Assembly: GCA_046290225.1 (NCBI GenBank)
Contig: JBKAGE010000042.1
Coordinates: 1-64,000 of the forward strand
Reading direction: 5' to 3'
Length of the DNA stretch: 64,000 bases
From: Bradymonadia bacterium
GTDB taxonomy: Bacteria; Myxococcota_A; Bradymonadia; UBA7976; UBA1532
This document shows, one piece after another, positions 1 to 9,867 of this stretch. Made by a program: the position numbers and the translations under genes. Positions within the stretch are counted from its first letter, which is position 1, and the number at the start of each line of letters is the position of its first letter. A model generated the notes under the pieces. It was not told the DNA's origin. It ran no database searches and saw nothing but the letters and a program-made list of their open reading frames with translations.

Positions 1-97
1 CGCCACGCCCGCGAGCGCATATTTCGGCGACGGGTGGCAACTCCAGTTGTCACATAAGGATCGCTGATTTACTGTCCAACCAATGGGGTCCACCTCA
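1..97 (+). mobile_element. Right end of an IS3-family insertion sequence (transposase C-terminus plus terminal inverted repeat); the element runs off the window
   Basis: Frame 2..67 reads ATPASAYFGDGWQLQLSHKDR*, like the TPxxxY tail of IS3 OrfB integrases. 73-97 is TGTCCAACCAATGGGGTCCACCTCA (reverse complement TGAGGTGGACCCCATTGGTTGGACA), the typical IS3/IS150-type IR with TG...CA ends. Confidence 0.75.
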
Positions 98-1370
98 GTT
101 CTTTCGCTTGTTCAAGCTCACCTATAAACACTAATACTTCAATTAGGCTTAACCGAACCTGATCTGCAAGATTATACAGGCCTTTATCATCAAATAGTTC
201 AACTGAATTTATCAACAGCTCTGTAGCATGAATTACATTTCCAGGATCAGTGTTCAAGTTCATGACATCTTGACCAATCATCCATCCTTCAATATTGAAC
301 ATTACGGCCTGCATCATGTAACCTGCCCCAACATTCTCAAGTAACTTTTCACCTCTGATGCTTAAAGAATATGCTTTTTGATGAATAAGACTTAAATCAG
401 ATTCAGCTTTATCAAACTGGTTGAGAACAACCCAAGCACGTGCCCTGCTATATACAATTTGTGACCATAATGGCCAGTCTGCAACCTCTCTTGCGAGAAA
501 CTCTCCCTGTTCAAGCATCTCAACTGCCTGTCGGTAGAACCCATTATGCCGAGCAACATAAGCATTCACCAATATGAGTCTAGCTCGAAACCTATTGTCT
601 TCAAGAGGACATATGCGCTCTCCAAACTCTTGTGCACTCCGAACGCTCTCAACATCCCCACTATCATAATAGGCTCTGATCGCGGCTAAAGTCCGACTAC
701 ATGCGATCCTATCCAGGCCACGATCTTCCGCCCACAACGCACCAGCTTCCCAGACCTGGCCTGCGGCATCCGCTCCTTGAGACCACAATGCACGACCCCA
801 AAGACGCCAGGCCCAGTGACGTATCAAGTGACTCCGTTGCTCATCGGCAATGATGTGCTCAAAAAGCCCGTCAGACTCTTCAAACCTGCCCGCCTTGGCA
901 AGCTCGGAGGCGTACATCAAGTCTGAATCTGCATATTCTGGACGAGGCCACCATATAATCGACCACTCATCCACAAGACTTAGTGAGTCATCATGCTCTT
1001 CTCGAATAAAAAAAGACAGTGTGCCGCTGATGGGTGAAATCCGAGACAGGTGCACCCCACAACCGGGCTGCACTCTGACCACTTGCCATCCCTCAACCTC
1101 ATCAATGTAGGTGGGCAGCACAGACACCTGACCGTCTGCGTCTGTCAAATGGAGTTCAGCAATTTGATGAGCCGACACCTTGCCAAGGGCGCGCCATCTC
1201 ACTGCCGGCAGCTTCAGAGGTTCATAGAATATGAATTCCCCACCCGGCTCCTCATGAGCCGCGTTCTGCAGGCTGCTCTCAACAATGAGCGGAGAAGCTT
1301 CGTGGCTACACTGAGCTAGGCACACCCATAAGCTAAGCAACCACAAGATATAAACAGGTTTAAAGGTCAC
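69..1370 (-). pseudogene. Secreted TPR-like helical-repeat protein, apparently 3'-truncated by the IS3 element
   Basis: 433-aa ORF with a hydrophobic N-terminus and helical repeats, visibly lower GC than the rest of the window. Its last residues LRWTPLVGQ* are read from the IS inverted repeat. Confidence 0.6.
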
Positions 1371-1874
1371 GCCTTGCCGATCTCCACACTACTCTTAAGG
1401 GAAGATTACCCTTACAGAGGCATATGTGTATACGGCAGGACGCTTACTGAGTAAAAGATCCGAGCGACAGGACGGGCTAAGCCAAGTGACAAGGTCGCTG
1501 TTCCGACGAACTCAGCCTCGTATATGATCTTGTGTGCTGTCTCCAACTCATCTTCGGGCATTGATCATGCTGAGGAAGACACTGATGCGGCAGGCGAAGA
1601 ACATCGGCGATGAGGTCGAGGGAAGAAGGCGCAAACGGACTTGTCTAGACTCCGATCAGACGCTCCAGAGCCGACAGAGTTCAAGGGCCGAGGCGCTCTA
1701 AGGGCAAGCTCCTGAAAGACACTGTCCAAGTGCTCCTAAGCTTGAGATCTCGTCGGTAGGCGAGTCAGGTCTAACAGTTTATTCCTCATAACGCTCTAAA
1801 CAAAACAGTAGTACTCACAAGAGGAGCCACTCTGTCAGGACTTCGGAAAGAGCTTGACGGGATGGTAAGGCCAA

Positions 1875-2567
1875 TCAGTTGGGGGTGTAGCAGTCGGGGC
1901 AGGGATCGACAGGGCTCATGATGATGGAGAGACCACCACCGACATCAGTGAGCAGGTCTCCAGGGCCAACCCAATGGCCAGACTCGCAGAGCATGAAGTC
2001 CACAGCAGAGTCGCTGGCGTCACCCTTGTCCGTCCACTTTGGCAGGTCGAACCCGGCAGGCGTCACCGCGTTCATGGAGCTGTCGTAGGTGCCCCGGGAG
2101 TGACGCAGGGTGCCCACCAGCACCGAGTAGCTCCCTGCCGCCGCCGTGTCGTCCACTTCGTCGGCGAGTTCCGTCAGGTTGCCGGGATCGGTGAGGGACA
2201 GCGCCGCACCGGTCTTGCTGTTCTTGAAGGTCACCCAGGCGTCGAAATCCGCCTCACCGGTCACGTCGGCCACGGTGGCAGTGATCCCGTCTGCGTTCAG
2301 GGCGCTGGCGCAGGCGGTGTCGCCGGTGGGGCAGAACCAGTCTCCCTTGCCGGCGACGAGGCTGGTGACGTTGGTGTCGACGTCGTCGAGGAAGTCGCTG
2401 CGATCGGTGCTGGAGAGACCATCGGTGTCGATGACCACGTAGTCTCGATCAGGATCGACGGCGGCGTTGGCGTTGGCGCTCCACACAGCCCCGGCGAAGA
2501 GGGTGAGGGCGACGGTGAGCGTACGGGTACGACGGCCACTGATGTGGCTGGAAGCAACGAAAGACAT
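1875..2567 (-). CDS. Secreted hypothetical protein with C-terminal CxxC
   Basis: Signal peptide ending ANA-A, acidic mature region, ends PVDPCPDCYTPN; RBS AGGAGAG upstream; host-like codon usage. Confidence 0.75.
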   Translation of the reverse strand: MSFVASSHISGRRTRTLTVALTLFAGAVWSANANAAVDPDRDYVVIDTDGLSSTDRSDFLDDVDTNVTSLVAGKGDWFCPTGDTACASALNADGITATVADVTGEADFDAWVTFKNSKTGAALSLTDPGNLTELADEVDDTAAAGSYSVLVGTLRHSRGTYDSSMNAVTPAGFDLPKWTDKGDASDSAVDFMLCESGHWVGPGDLLTDVGGGLSIIMSPVDPCPDCYTPN

Positions 2568-2611
2568 CTTCTCTCTCCTGGCACTGTGGTTGTGTTGTGC
2601 TCAGGGAGATT

Positions 2612-2627
2612 CGCAAGGGGGATGCCA
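2612..2627 (-). promoter_or_regulatory. Putative sigma54 (-24/-12) promoter
   Basis: Minus strand TGGCAT-CCCCC-TTGCG (GG-N10-GC) about 45 bp upstream of the ATG at 2567. Confidence 0.65.
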
Positions 2628-2820
2628 AAAACTCAGAACAAGTCAAACGCCTTAATTATCAACATGATCACTAGACCATGACCCCATATTCACCATTTAC
2701 TCTGCACGTGTGCGCATACCCATGTGTGCGCACACGCACATGAGCGAACATACATGTATGGCTCAAATGGGTTATCTGGCGAATGCGGGCTGATGGGAGA
2801 GCGCTTGCTTGAGGCGATTC

Positions 2821-3059
2821 ATCGTGTGCTGCGTTCGGATTGAGTCGGGAGGGCGAAGGATTGAGGGCAGAGTTCGGGGGCGAAGAGCGCAGGTGAGGCT
2901 GTCTGGCCTGAAGCCAGGCGCTTCGGAGTCGACGGAGGCGAAGCCGTAGGAGCGTAGAAGCGCCCGAAGGGCAGCCTCTGAAGAAGCACCGAGCATCTTC
3001 AACCTCGAAATCTGCCCTCAAGACAAGCACTCACACTCAATCCGAACACAGCACACGAT
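2821..3059. repeat. Nested inverted-repeat element enclosing one copy of the multi-hairpin repeat (family B)
   Basis: Outer IR 2821-2845/3035-3059 (24 of 25 match), inner IR 2861-2879/3003-3021; core 2895-2989 is a reverse-complement homologue of 39799-39895. Confidence 0.8.
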
Positions 3060-3063
3060 TATC

Positions 3064-6000
3064 TCAGCGCTTTTTGTCTTTGCGGGGGGTCTTCTCGACA
3101 GGCTCACCGGAGGACTCCACCGGCGACTCGATCTCGGGGGCAGGCTCTGGCAACGCTTCGGCAGACTGCTCTTCGATGATCAAGCCACCGTCCTCTGGCA
3201 TCTGACCCAAAGGCGGCTGCATCGCAGAGCGCACGTTGATGTCGCGCTGCGGGTACGGGATCTCGATTTCGTGCTCTCGGAACAACGCGTCGACGCTCTG
3301 GCGCAGATCGCTGATCAAACCCGGCAACCCTCTGATGCGCCGAGTCCACACATGCAGCTTGAAGTCGAGGCTCGAGTCGCCGAAGCCGGTCATCTCGACC
3401 CAGGGCCGCGGGCTCTTGAGTACGCCGGGGTGAGCCCGAGCGGCCTGCAGCAACAACCGACGCACGAGGTGGACCTCGGTGCCATAGGCCACACCCACGA
3501 CGACCTGTGATCTCACGCGCTCGCCGCTGCCCAGAGTCCAGTTCACCACCCGGCCGCTCACGAACTCGGCATTGGGCACGATGACGGTGACGGCGTCACG
3601 GGTCTCGATGATGGTGGCCCGGGCAGAGATGTTCTTCACCTCGCCCACCATGTCGCCCACCTGCACGAAGTCACCCTTACGAATGGGGCGCTCGATGAGC
3701 AGGATGAACCCGCTGATGAAGTTGCTGGCGATGTTCTGCAACCCAAAGCCGATGCCGATGCCGATGACACCGAAGACCACGGCGAGGGCGCCGAGGCCGA
3801 TGCCCACGGCGGCGAGCCCCAGGGCGATGCCCAGAGCGACGACGATGTAGCGTGAGATGGTGCCGATGGCGTCCCGCAAGCCTCGATCGACGCGGAAGTG
3901 ATCGAGCAGGTGATCAGAGATGAAGACCTGCAACAAACGCCCGATATAGACAGCGGCGACGACCCAGACAGCGAGCTGGGCCAACGACCATAGCGAGACC
4001 TCGTTCTCACCCACCATGAAGAGGGGTGAGGTGGCCCACTCGAGCAGGCTCGCCAACTCGACGGGCAGCAACCACACGTACTCGGCGGTGAGCACACCAG
4101 CTGCGAGCCACAGGCCGCCGATGCCGGCGAGGTAGGTCAACAGCCCCAGCGTGTTCCGCAACCGCGGCCATTTGACCCGCACCCAGGCCTGGAACAGCGT
4201 CTCGTCGGCGGCGGGGCCGGCGTTGAGCGCCGCTTTGGTGTCAGGCGTCACGAGGGGGGACGCATCTTGCTGGTTACCATACCCGCTCAGCCCAGTAGCG
4301 TTCTTGGTGGGGGCGCCGTCGGTGAGATTGTGGGTGCCGGCGATCCAATGAGTGATGCGCATCACCCACCGCGTCAGATACACCGTGAGGGCCATCAGCA
4401 TGAGGGTGACGAGGGTGCGCCACGCGTACCACCAGAAGCCCCGTGCCTGCCACGCGAGGCGCTCGAAGTGATAGCGGGCGATGTCGCCGAGGCGCTCCTC
4501 GGTGCCCTGCACCCACTCCATGCGCATACAAACGTCGGCGAGGCTCTCGTAGGTCTCGATGAGCTGCTTCTTGTTCTTCTCGAGGGCCTCGGTCTCGGCC
4601 TTCTTCTTGCTGTCCGAGTTCTGAGCCCGTCGCCACCCGTCGCACCGCGCCTCGCGCTCTTTCTGACGCTGGGCCATGGCTTTGGGATCGAGGAAGATGT
4701 TGAACCGCTGGGTGAAGGGCTCGGGGATCTTCGACCCGCGCAGCACCTGACGGATCACCTTCACCATCTCGAGTCGGAAGGTGTCGCGGAGCAGCTTCTC
4801 TCGCTCGAAGTGGATGTGCTCGTCTACATCGGTGCGCTGAAGCTCAAGCAGCCGGGCCCTGGAGAAGTTGCTGTTGTCATCGAGCCCCCCGGAGACCTGA
4901 CTGCGGAGCATGTCGAGCTTCTCTTCGAGGACCGGGATGTTCTTTTCTCGCAACCCCATGGAGCGCTTGAAGATGTTCTCGGCGTATTCGACGGTGCTGG
5001 GGCCGAAGTCCATATGATCCATGGCCCAGGTGAGGTTCTTCTCCTGGTCGGCGAGGGCCCGCTCGGCGATGAGCAGCTCGAGCCGGGCCCGGCGTGCCCG
5101 GGCCTTGCGCAGGGGTTCGAGATACTCGGCGAGCTTGCCGGCGAGGCGAGCCTGCTCCTGACGCATGCGCTCGTTCCGGCTGCGGTAGCCACCGGCGCGC
5201 TTGTAGCTGTCGGTGAACGCATCGACTGGCTCGATCTCGGGCCCCTCGAGGCTGGCCATCTTGGGCAGGGCCTGCACGGTGGCGACGATGTCGTCTTGAT
5301 CGCCGTCACCTCCGCCAGCGCCTCGACGCAGCTTGGCTTTGGCCAGAGAGACCTCGATGCGGGCAAGGTGCACGTCGCGGGCGAGCAGCTCGACCTCTTT
5401 GAAGGCGAAGAGTGTGTCTTTGCCCTCATTGGTCTTGCCTTCGGCCTTCTGAGCGGCCTCCATCTGCTCGAGCAGTGTGTTCGCCTTGTTGATGCCCTCT
5501 TCGATCACTGCGTGCTGAGCGCTCAACACCCGGCGTACCTGGCTGTACATGCCCTCGAGGCGCCGGGTGGACGCCAACAGCCGATCGATCTCCTGCACCT
5601 CGGCGGGGTGTGTCTCCGGGGTGAGGTAGCCCTTGGCCTCAGGGGCCTGAATGACAGGCAGGACGACCACTTGAAGCGCAGCGTCCGGCGGCACGGCGTC
5701 GGGCACCATGGCGTCGGGCAGGCCAGAGTCGGGGATCAGCTCGGCGACGGTGCCCAGACCGCCGTCGAGATCGACACCACCATCCGCGCTGCCGGCGTCG
5801 GGTGACACACCCGCATCGAGAGCGGCATCTGCGCCCCCATCGACACCACCATCAACGCCTGCATCAGCGCCACCATCCACACCCCCATCGAGGTCGGCAT
5901 CTGGTACAGCCGCATCGGGCACCGCGGCATCGGGCACCGCAGCGTCGGGGGTGGGCAGCTCGTCGGGATCTTCGATGATGGTGGGCACCGTCCACAGACG

Positions 6001-6357
6001 CTCGTCTTCTGTGGGCGGCTTGGCGAGGATCAGCTTCTGGCGCTGAACCACCAGGGCCTTGCGGCTCTCTTCGAGGGCCTCGATGCGGGCCGTCCATCGC
6101 TGGACCTCGTCGCCCTGCTTGGCGCTCAGGGTCTGCAATGACTCTTTGAGCGCCTGCTTCTCGCGCTGCACTTGCTGGCGAGGGTCGTCGACGAGGCGTA
6201 CGTCCGGGGCGTCTTCTTTTTTGTCGCCCCCGGGCAAGGTCAGAGGCACCTGGGCCTGGGCTTCGGTGCACGTCACCGAGGTCGACACCACGGCAACACA
6301 GAGCACGTACGCCAACGCGCGGAGCAGGGACCTCGTGCCTGTGGACAACCCAGCCAT
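3064..6357 (-). CDS. Large mechanosensitive ion channel, MscS/MscK-like
   Basis: C-terminal MscS motifs GIGFGLQNIASNFISGFILLIERPIRKGDFV, VPNAEF, VGVAYG, IEIPYPQRD; long coiled-coil N-terminus with PDAAV/DGG low-complexity repeats. Start uncertain (ORF open to 6474). Confidence 0.9.
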   Translation of the reverse strand: MAGLSTGTRSLLRALAYVLCVAVVSTSVTCTEAQAQVPLTLPGGDKKEDAPDVRLVDDPRQQVQREKQALKESLQTLSAKQGDEVQRWTARIEALEESRKALVVQRQKLILAKPPTEDERLWTVPTIIEDPDELPTPDAAVPDAAVPDAAVPDADLDGGVDGGADAGVDGGVDGGADAALDAGVSPDAGSADGGVDLDGGLGTVAELIPDSGLPDAMVPDAVPPDAALQVVVLPVIQAPEAKGYLTPETHPAEVQEIDRLLASTRRLEGMYSQVRRVLSAQHAVIEEGINKANTLLEQMEAAQKAEGKTNEGKDTLFAFKEVELLARDVHLARIEVSLAKAKLRRGAGGGDGDQDDIVATVQALPKMASLEGPEIEPVDAFTDSYKRAGGYRSRNERMRQEQARLAGKLAEYLEPLRKARARRARLELLIAERALADQEKNLTWAMDHMDFGPSTVEYAENIFKRSMGLREKNIPVLEEKLDMLRSQVSGGLDDNSNFSRARLLELQRTDVDEHIHFEREKLLRDTFRLEMVKVIRQVLRGSKIPEPFTQRFNIFLDPKAMAQRQKEREARCDGWRRAQNSDSKKKAETEALEKNKKQLIETYESLADVCMRMEWVQGTEERLGDIARYHFERLAWQARGFWWYAWRTLVTLMLMALTVYLTRWVMRITHWIAGTHNLTDGAPTKNATGLSGYGNQQDASPLVTPDTKAALNAGPAADETLFQAWVRVKWPRLRNTLGLLTYLAGIGGLWLAAGVLTAEYVWLLPVELASLLEWATSPLFMVGENEVSLWSLAQLAVWVVAAVYIGRLLQVFISDHLLDHFRVDRGLRDAIGTISRYIVVALGIALGLAAVGIGLGALAVVFGVIGIGIGFGLQNIASNFISGFILLIERPIRKGDFVQVGDMVGEVKNISARATIIETRDAVTVIVPNAEFVSGRVVNWTLGSGERVRSQVVVGVAYGTEVHLVRRLLLQAARAHPGVLKSPRPWVEMTGFGDSSLDFKLHVWTRRIRGLPGLISDLRQSVDALFREHEIEIPYPQRDINVRSAMQPPLGQMPEDGGLIIEEQSAEALPEPAPEIESPVESSGEPVEKTPRKDKKR

Positions 6358-6464
6358 ACATGGGCGTGTAGCGGTTCGCGAGGGTGTGTTCAACCGTGAA
6401 GCGTGATCTCCATGAGTGAGGCGGCTATCCTGCTCGGCGATTTGCTTCATGTGGAGATCGTACA

Positions 6465-7451
6465 GTGGGCGCACCCCTTCGCTACCTTTCGGGCATTCAG
6501 CCTTCCGGGCACCAGCACCTGGGCAACTATTTCGGGGCGATCCGGAAGCACGTGGCCAACCAGGACAACGCCTTTTATTTCATCGCCGACTATCACGCGA
6601 TGAACAGCACGCAAGATGCGGCGGTGCTCAAGGAGAACGTCACCAGCCTCGCCGCCACGTACCTGGCCTTCGGCCTCGATCCCGAGCGCGCCACGCTGTG
6701 GAGGCAGTCCGACGTACCCGAGGTCACCGAGCTTGCCTGGATGCTGGGCACGGTGACCACCATGGGCCTGCTGGAGCGGGCGGTGTCGTACAAGGAGAAG
6801 GTGGAGCGCGGGCAAGAGGCGAAGGTGGGGCTGTTCACCTACCCCGTGCTTCAGGCTGCGGACATCCTGGCCTTCGACGCCGACGTGGTGCCTGTGGGTA
6901 AAGACCAGTCTCAGCACCTCGAGATGACCCGAGACATGGCGGGCTACTTCAACCGGGCCTTCTCACCGGTGTTCAAGTCGCCCAAGACCGCGTACGGCAC
7001 GCCTGAGCTGGTGCCGGGCCTCGACGGGGCCAAGATGTCGAAGAGCTACGACAATCACATCCCGATCTTTTTGAAGGGTAAGGCCCTCAAGAAGCGAGTG
7101 ATGGCCATCACCACCGACAGCACCCCCCTCGAAGATCCGAAAGACCCTGACACCTGCACGGTCTTCGCCCTCTACAGCCTGATGGGCACTGAAGAGGAGA
7201 ACGCTGCGCTGGCGGCGAAGTACCGGGGCGGCAACTTCGGGTACGGCCACGCCAAGCTGGCCCTGCTCGAGAAGATCAATGAGTACTTCGGCCCTGCCCG
7301 AGAGCGATACGACGCCCTCATGGCCAACCCCGAGGAGATCGAGGCCGCCCTACAAATCGGCGCCCGGCGCGCTCGCACTGTTGCTCAGGGTGTGCTGGCC
7401 CGGGCCCGTGAGGCCGTGGGCATGAACCCCCGACCCGCCCAGCTCGGTTGA
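6465..7451 (+). CDS. trpS: Tryptophan--tRNA ligase
   Basis: SGIQPSG, HLGN (HIGH), YPVLQAADIL, VPVGKDQ and KMSKS motifs. Confidence 0.97.
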   Translation: MGAPLRYLSGIQPSGHQHLGNYFGAIRKHVANQDNAFYFIADYHAMNSTQDAAVLKENVTSLAATYLAFGLDPERATLWRQSDVPEVTELAWMLGTVTTMGLLERAVSYKEKVERGQEAKVGLFTYPVLQAADILAFDADVVPVGKDQSQHLEMTRDMAGYFNRAFSPVFKSPKTAYGTPELVPGLDGAKMSKSYDNHIPIFLKGKALKKRVMAITTDSTPLEDPKDPDTCTVFALYSLMGTEEENAALAAKYRGGNFGYGHAKLALLEKINEYFGPARERYDALMANPEEIEAALQIGARRARTVAQGVLARAREAVGMNPRPAQLG

Positions 7452-8623
7452 TGATCGAGACGACCGGGGCGGTCATCGCCACCCTCTGCGCGATCTGTGC
7501 CTTCTACTTCTGGCTCGAGCGGGCCACGAAGCAGACGTTCCTGGGCACAGTGTTCCAGTATTTCCCGCCGCTCCTCTGGATCTACGCCACCCCCGTGCTG
7601 CTCAACAACACAGGGGTGCTGCCGCCGAAGTCCGAGGCCTACGATCTGCTGAAGTCGGCGGCGCTGCCCTCGTTTCTGGTGTTGATGCTGCTCTCGGTCG
7701 ACTTGCGAGCGGCCCTCAGAGTCATGGGCCGGGGCATCGCGGTGATGCTCGTGGGCAGCCTCGGCGTGGTCATCGGTGGGGCGCTGGCCTTCGCCCTGGT
7801 GCATCACGGCCTGAGCGATGACAGCTGGAAGGTTTTCGGTGGCCTCGCCGGCGCCTGGATCGGCGGTACGGGCAACATGGCAGCGGTGGCCGGTGGCCTC
7901 GAAGGGCCCGAGGTCGATCTGGGCCTGGCCATTCTCGCCGACAACGTAATTTACGTGGTGTGGCTGCCCTTGCTGCTCAGCTCTCGAGCCTTTGCTGGCC
8001 GCTTCAACCGCTGGGCCAAGGTGGATCCCGAGCGCATGGCCCGCATGACCGAAGCCTCTCTGGGCGACGAGGGGCAAAGTCAGCCCTTGCAGATGGTGCA
8101 CGTCATCTACCTCGCCGCGGTGGTGGCGGGGCTCTCGTGGGCTTCGTCTGCCCTCGCCGAGCTGATGCCAGAGCTGCCACCAGTGCTCTCGACGGGCACC
8201 TGGCGCACGCTGTGGCTCACCACCCTGGCCCTCGGGGCTTCATTCACCCCCCTGCGTCACATCCCGGGTTCGAGATCCATGGGTCTTGCTCTGGTGTACC
8301 TGTTCCTCGCAGGCATGGGGGCCCGGGCATCGATCAGCGGTTTGTCCGAAGCGCCATTGTTCCTCGCCGGGGCCTTCCTCTGGATCACCATCCACGGGCT
8401 GGCCTGTGTGGGGGCGGCGAAGCTGCTGCGGGTGGATCTGCACACCGCCGCCATCGCCAGCGCCGCGAACATCGGCGGGGCAGCCTCGGCCCCTGTGGTG
8501 GCCGCCCATCACCAACCAGCGCTCGTACCGGTGTCGATCTTGATGGCGCTGGTGGGCTATGCCGCCGGCAACTACCTCGCGGTGCTCACGGCGCAGCTCT
8601 GCTTCTGGATCTCTGGTTTGTGA
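7448..8623 (+). CDS. DUF819-family membrane protein
   Basis: Multi-TM protein with WIGGTGNMAAV and ASAANIGGAASAPVVA motifs. Confidence 0.8.
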   Translation: MMIETTGAVIATLCAICAFYFWLERATKQTFLGTVFQYFPPLLWIYATPVLLNNTGVLPPKSEAYDLLKSAALPSFLVLMLLSVDLRAALRVMGRGIAVMLVGSLGVVIGGALAFALVHHGLSDDSWKVFGGLAGAWIGGTGNMAAVAGGLEGPEVDLGLAILADNVIYVVWLPLLLSSRAFAGRFNRWAKVDPERMARMTEASLGDEGQSQPLQMVHVIYLAAVVAGLSWASSALAELMPELPPVLSTGTWRTLWLTTLALGASFTPLRHIPGSRSMGLALVYLFLAGMGARASISGLSEAPLFLAGAFLWITIHGLACVGAAKLLRVDLHTAAIASAANIGGAASAPVVAAHHQPALVPVSILMALVGYAAGNYLAVLTAQLCFWISGL

Positions 8624-8633
8624 GCCCACCGCT

Positions 8634-9305
8634 TTGAGCACCCTCGAGCCGCTCAAGTGGCTGGCCCTGATCACCATGGTGATCGACCACCTGGGCAAGA
8701 CCCTGTGGCCCGAGGCCATGGCCCCCATGCACGCCGCAGGGCGTCTGGCTTTCCCCCTCTTCGTCTACATCATGGGGATCCGCCTGGCGGTGAAGCCCCA
8801 CCTCGACATCGTCTATCTGCGCCGCCTGCCCCTCTGGGCGCTGCTGGCACAACCGGCCTACGTGCTCATCTCGGGCACGCACCAGGGCAACATCTTGTGT
8901 TTGCTGCTGTGTGGCGCCCTGATGCACTGGGGCATACGACACACCGGCCGCTGGCAGGGCATCGCAGCCCTCGTGGCGGGAACTGCGGGGGCGTGGTGGT
9001 GCGAGTATGGCCCCGGGGGCGCGTGGATTCCGACGATCATCGCCGCCACATACCGCCGTGACGCGGTCATGGCGGCGATGCTCTGCGGCCCTTTGGCCTT
9101 TGTGGCGCAGCTGCCCATGGCGTCGTCGATGCTGCCGTGGAACATGTGGGCATTGATGGCCTCGGGGGTGGTGCTGGCGAGCGCCCAGGTGCAGCTGACT
9201 CTGCCCAGGATCAACCGCTGGTTCTTCTACGCTTTCTACCCCGGCCACCTCTATCTGCTATATGGCCTGATGTGGTGGGAAGTTGAGTCGATGACCCGCC
9301 TGTGA
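8634..9305 (+). CDS. TraX-family membrane acyltransferase-like protein
   Basis: LKWLALITMVIDH, GRLAFPLF and FFYAFYPGHL signatures; TTG start inferred. Confidence 0.85.
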   Translation: MSTLEPLKWLALITMVIDHLGKTLWPEAMAPMHAAGRLAFPLFVYIMGIRLAVKPHLDIVYLRRLPLWALLAQPAYVLISGTHQGNILCLLLCGALMHWGIRHTGRWQGIAALVAGTAGAWWCEYGPGGAWIPTIIAATYRRDAVMAAMLCGPLAFVAQLPMASSMLPWNMWALMASGVVLASAQVQLTLPRINRWFFYAFYPGHLYLLYGLMWWEVESMTRL

Positions 9306-9862
9306 GCGACCAGGAGTCTGTTGTGATTCGAGCCTCTGCCTGGGCCCTGATGGCCCTCTGTATCTGTTTTGCCTGTGATGACGAAGATGATGGAGGCACC
9401 GGCGGCGCTGGGGCTGCCATGGCTGGAGGCGCGGGCGGATCCGCTGGCGGTGCTGGTGGCTCGGCCACACCTGATGTGGGCCTACCTGACGCAGCGTTGC
9501 CTGACGCCATGGCCCCGGCACCTGATTTGGGCCCTCCACCAGAGTCGTGTGAGGCCGGCGGGTACACCGAGTGCTTCTCCAACTATGACTGTGAGGCAGC
9601 TGATCGCTGCCTGGCCCTCGACGGCGACGGCTTCGTGGTGTGTTGTGTGCCCGGCGAGCGGGGTGATCTGCAGGCGGGTGAAGACTGCAGCATGGTGGAG
9701 GGGCAGCGGGCCTGCGCCAGCTCGCTGTGCTTCGAGACCAACCAGGGATCATGGTGCTCCGACCAGTGTCAGGGGCCCGGAGACTGCCCGGCCATGTTCC
9801 CCCGCTGTGAGCCCATCGCCTTCGCTGGCGACGGCAACTGGTGTCAGCCTGCTCTGGAGTGA
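9302..9862 (+). CDS. Cys-rich lipoprotein
   Basis: Lipobox-like CFAC, Gly/PDA linker, many cysteines. Confidence 0.7.
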   Translation: MSDQESVVIRASAWALMALCICFACDDEDDGGTGGAGAAMAGGAGGSAGGAGGSATPDVGLPDAALPDAMAPAPDLGPPPESCEAGGYTECFSNYDCEAADRCLALDGDGFVVCCVPGERGDLQAGEDCSMVEGQRACASSLCFETNQGSWCSDQCQGPGDCPAMFPRCEPIAFAGDGNWCQPALE

Positions 9863-9867
9863 TCGTC

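Noticed and set aside
1380..1870. Possible decayed ORF between the secreted protein and the TPR gene
   Set aside because: No ORF of 60 aa or more in the track, and no recognisable motif.
5690..5950. 15-bp and GGVDG-type repeats in the MscS gene
   Set aside because: Coding PDAAV/DGG linker repeats, also seen in the 9302 lipoprotein.
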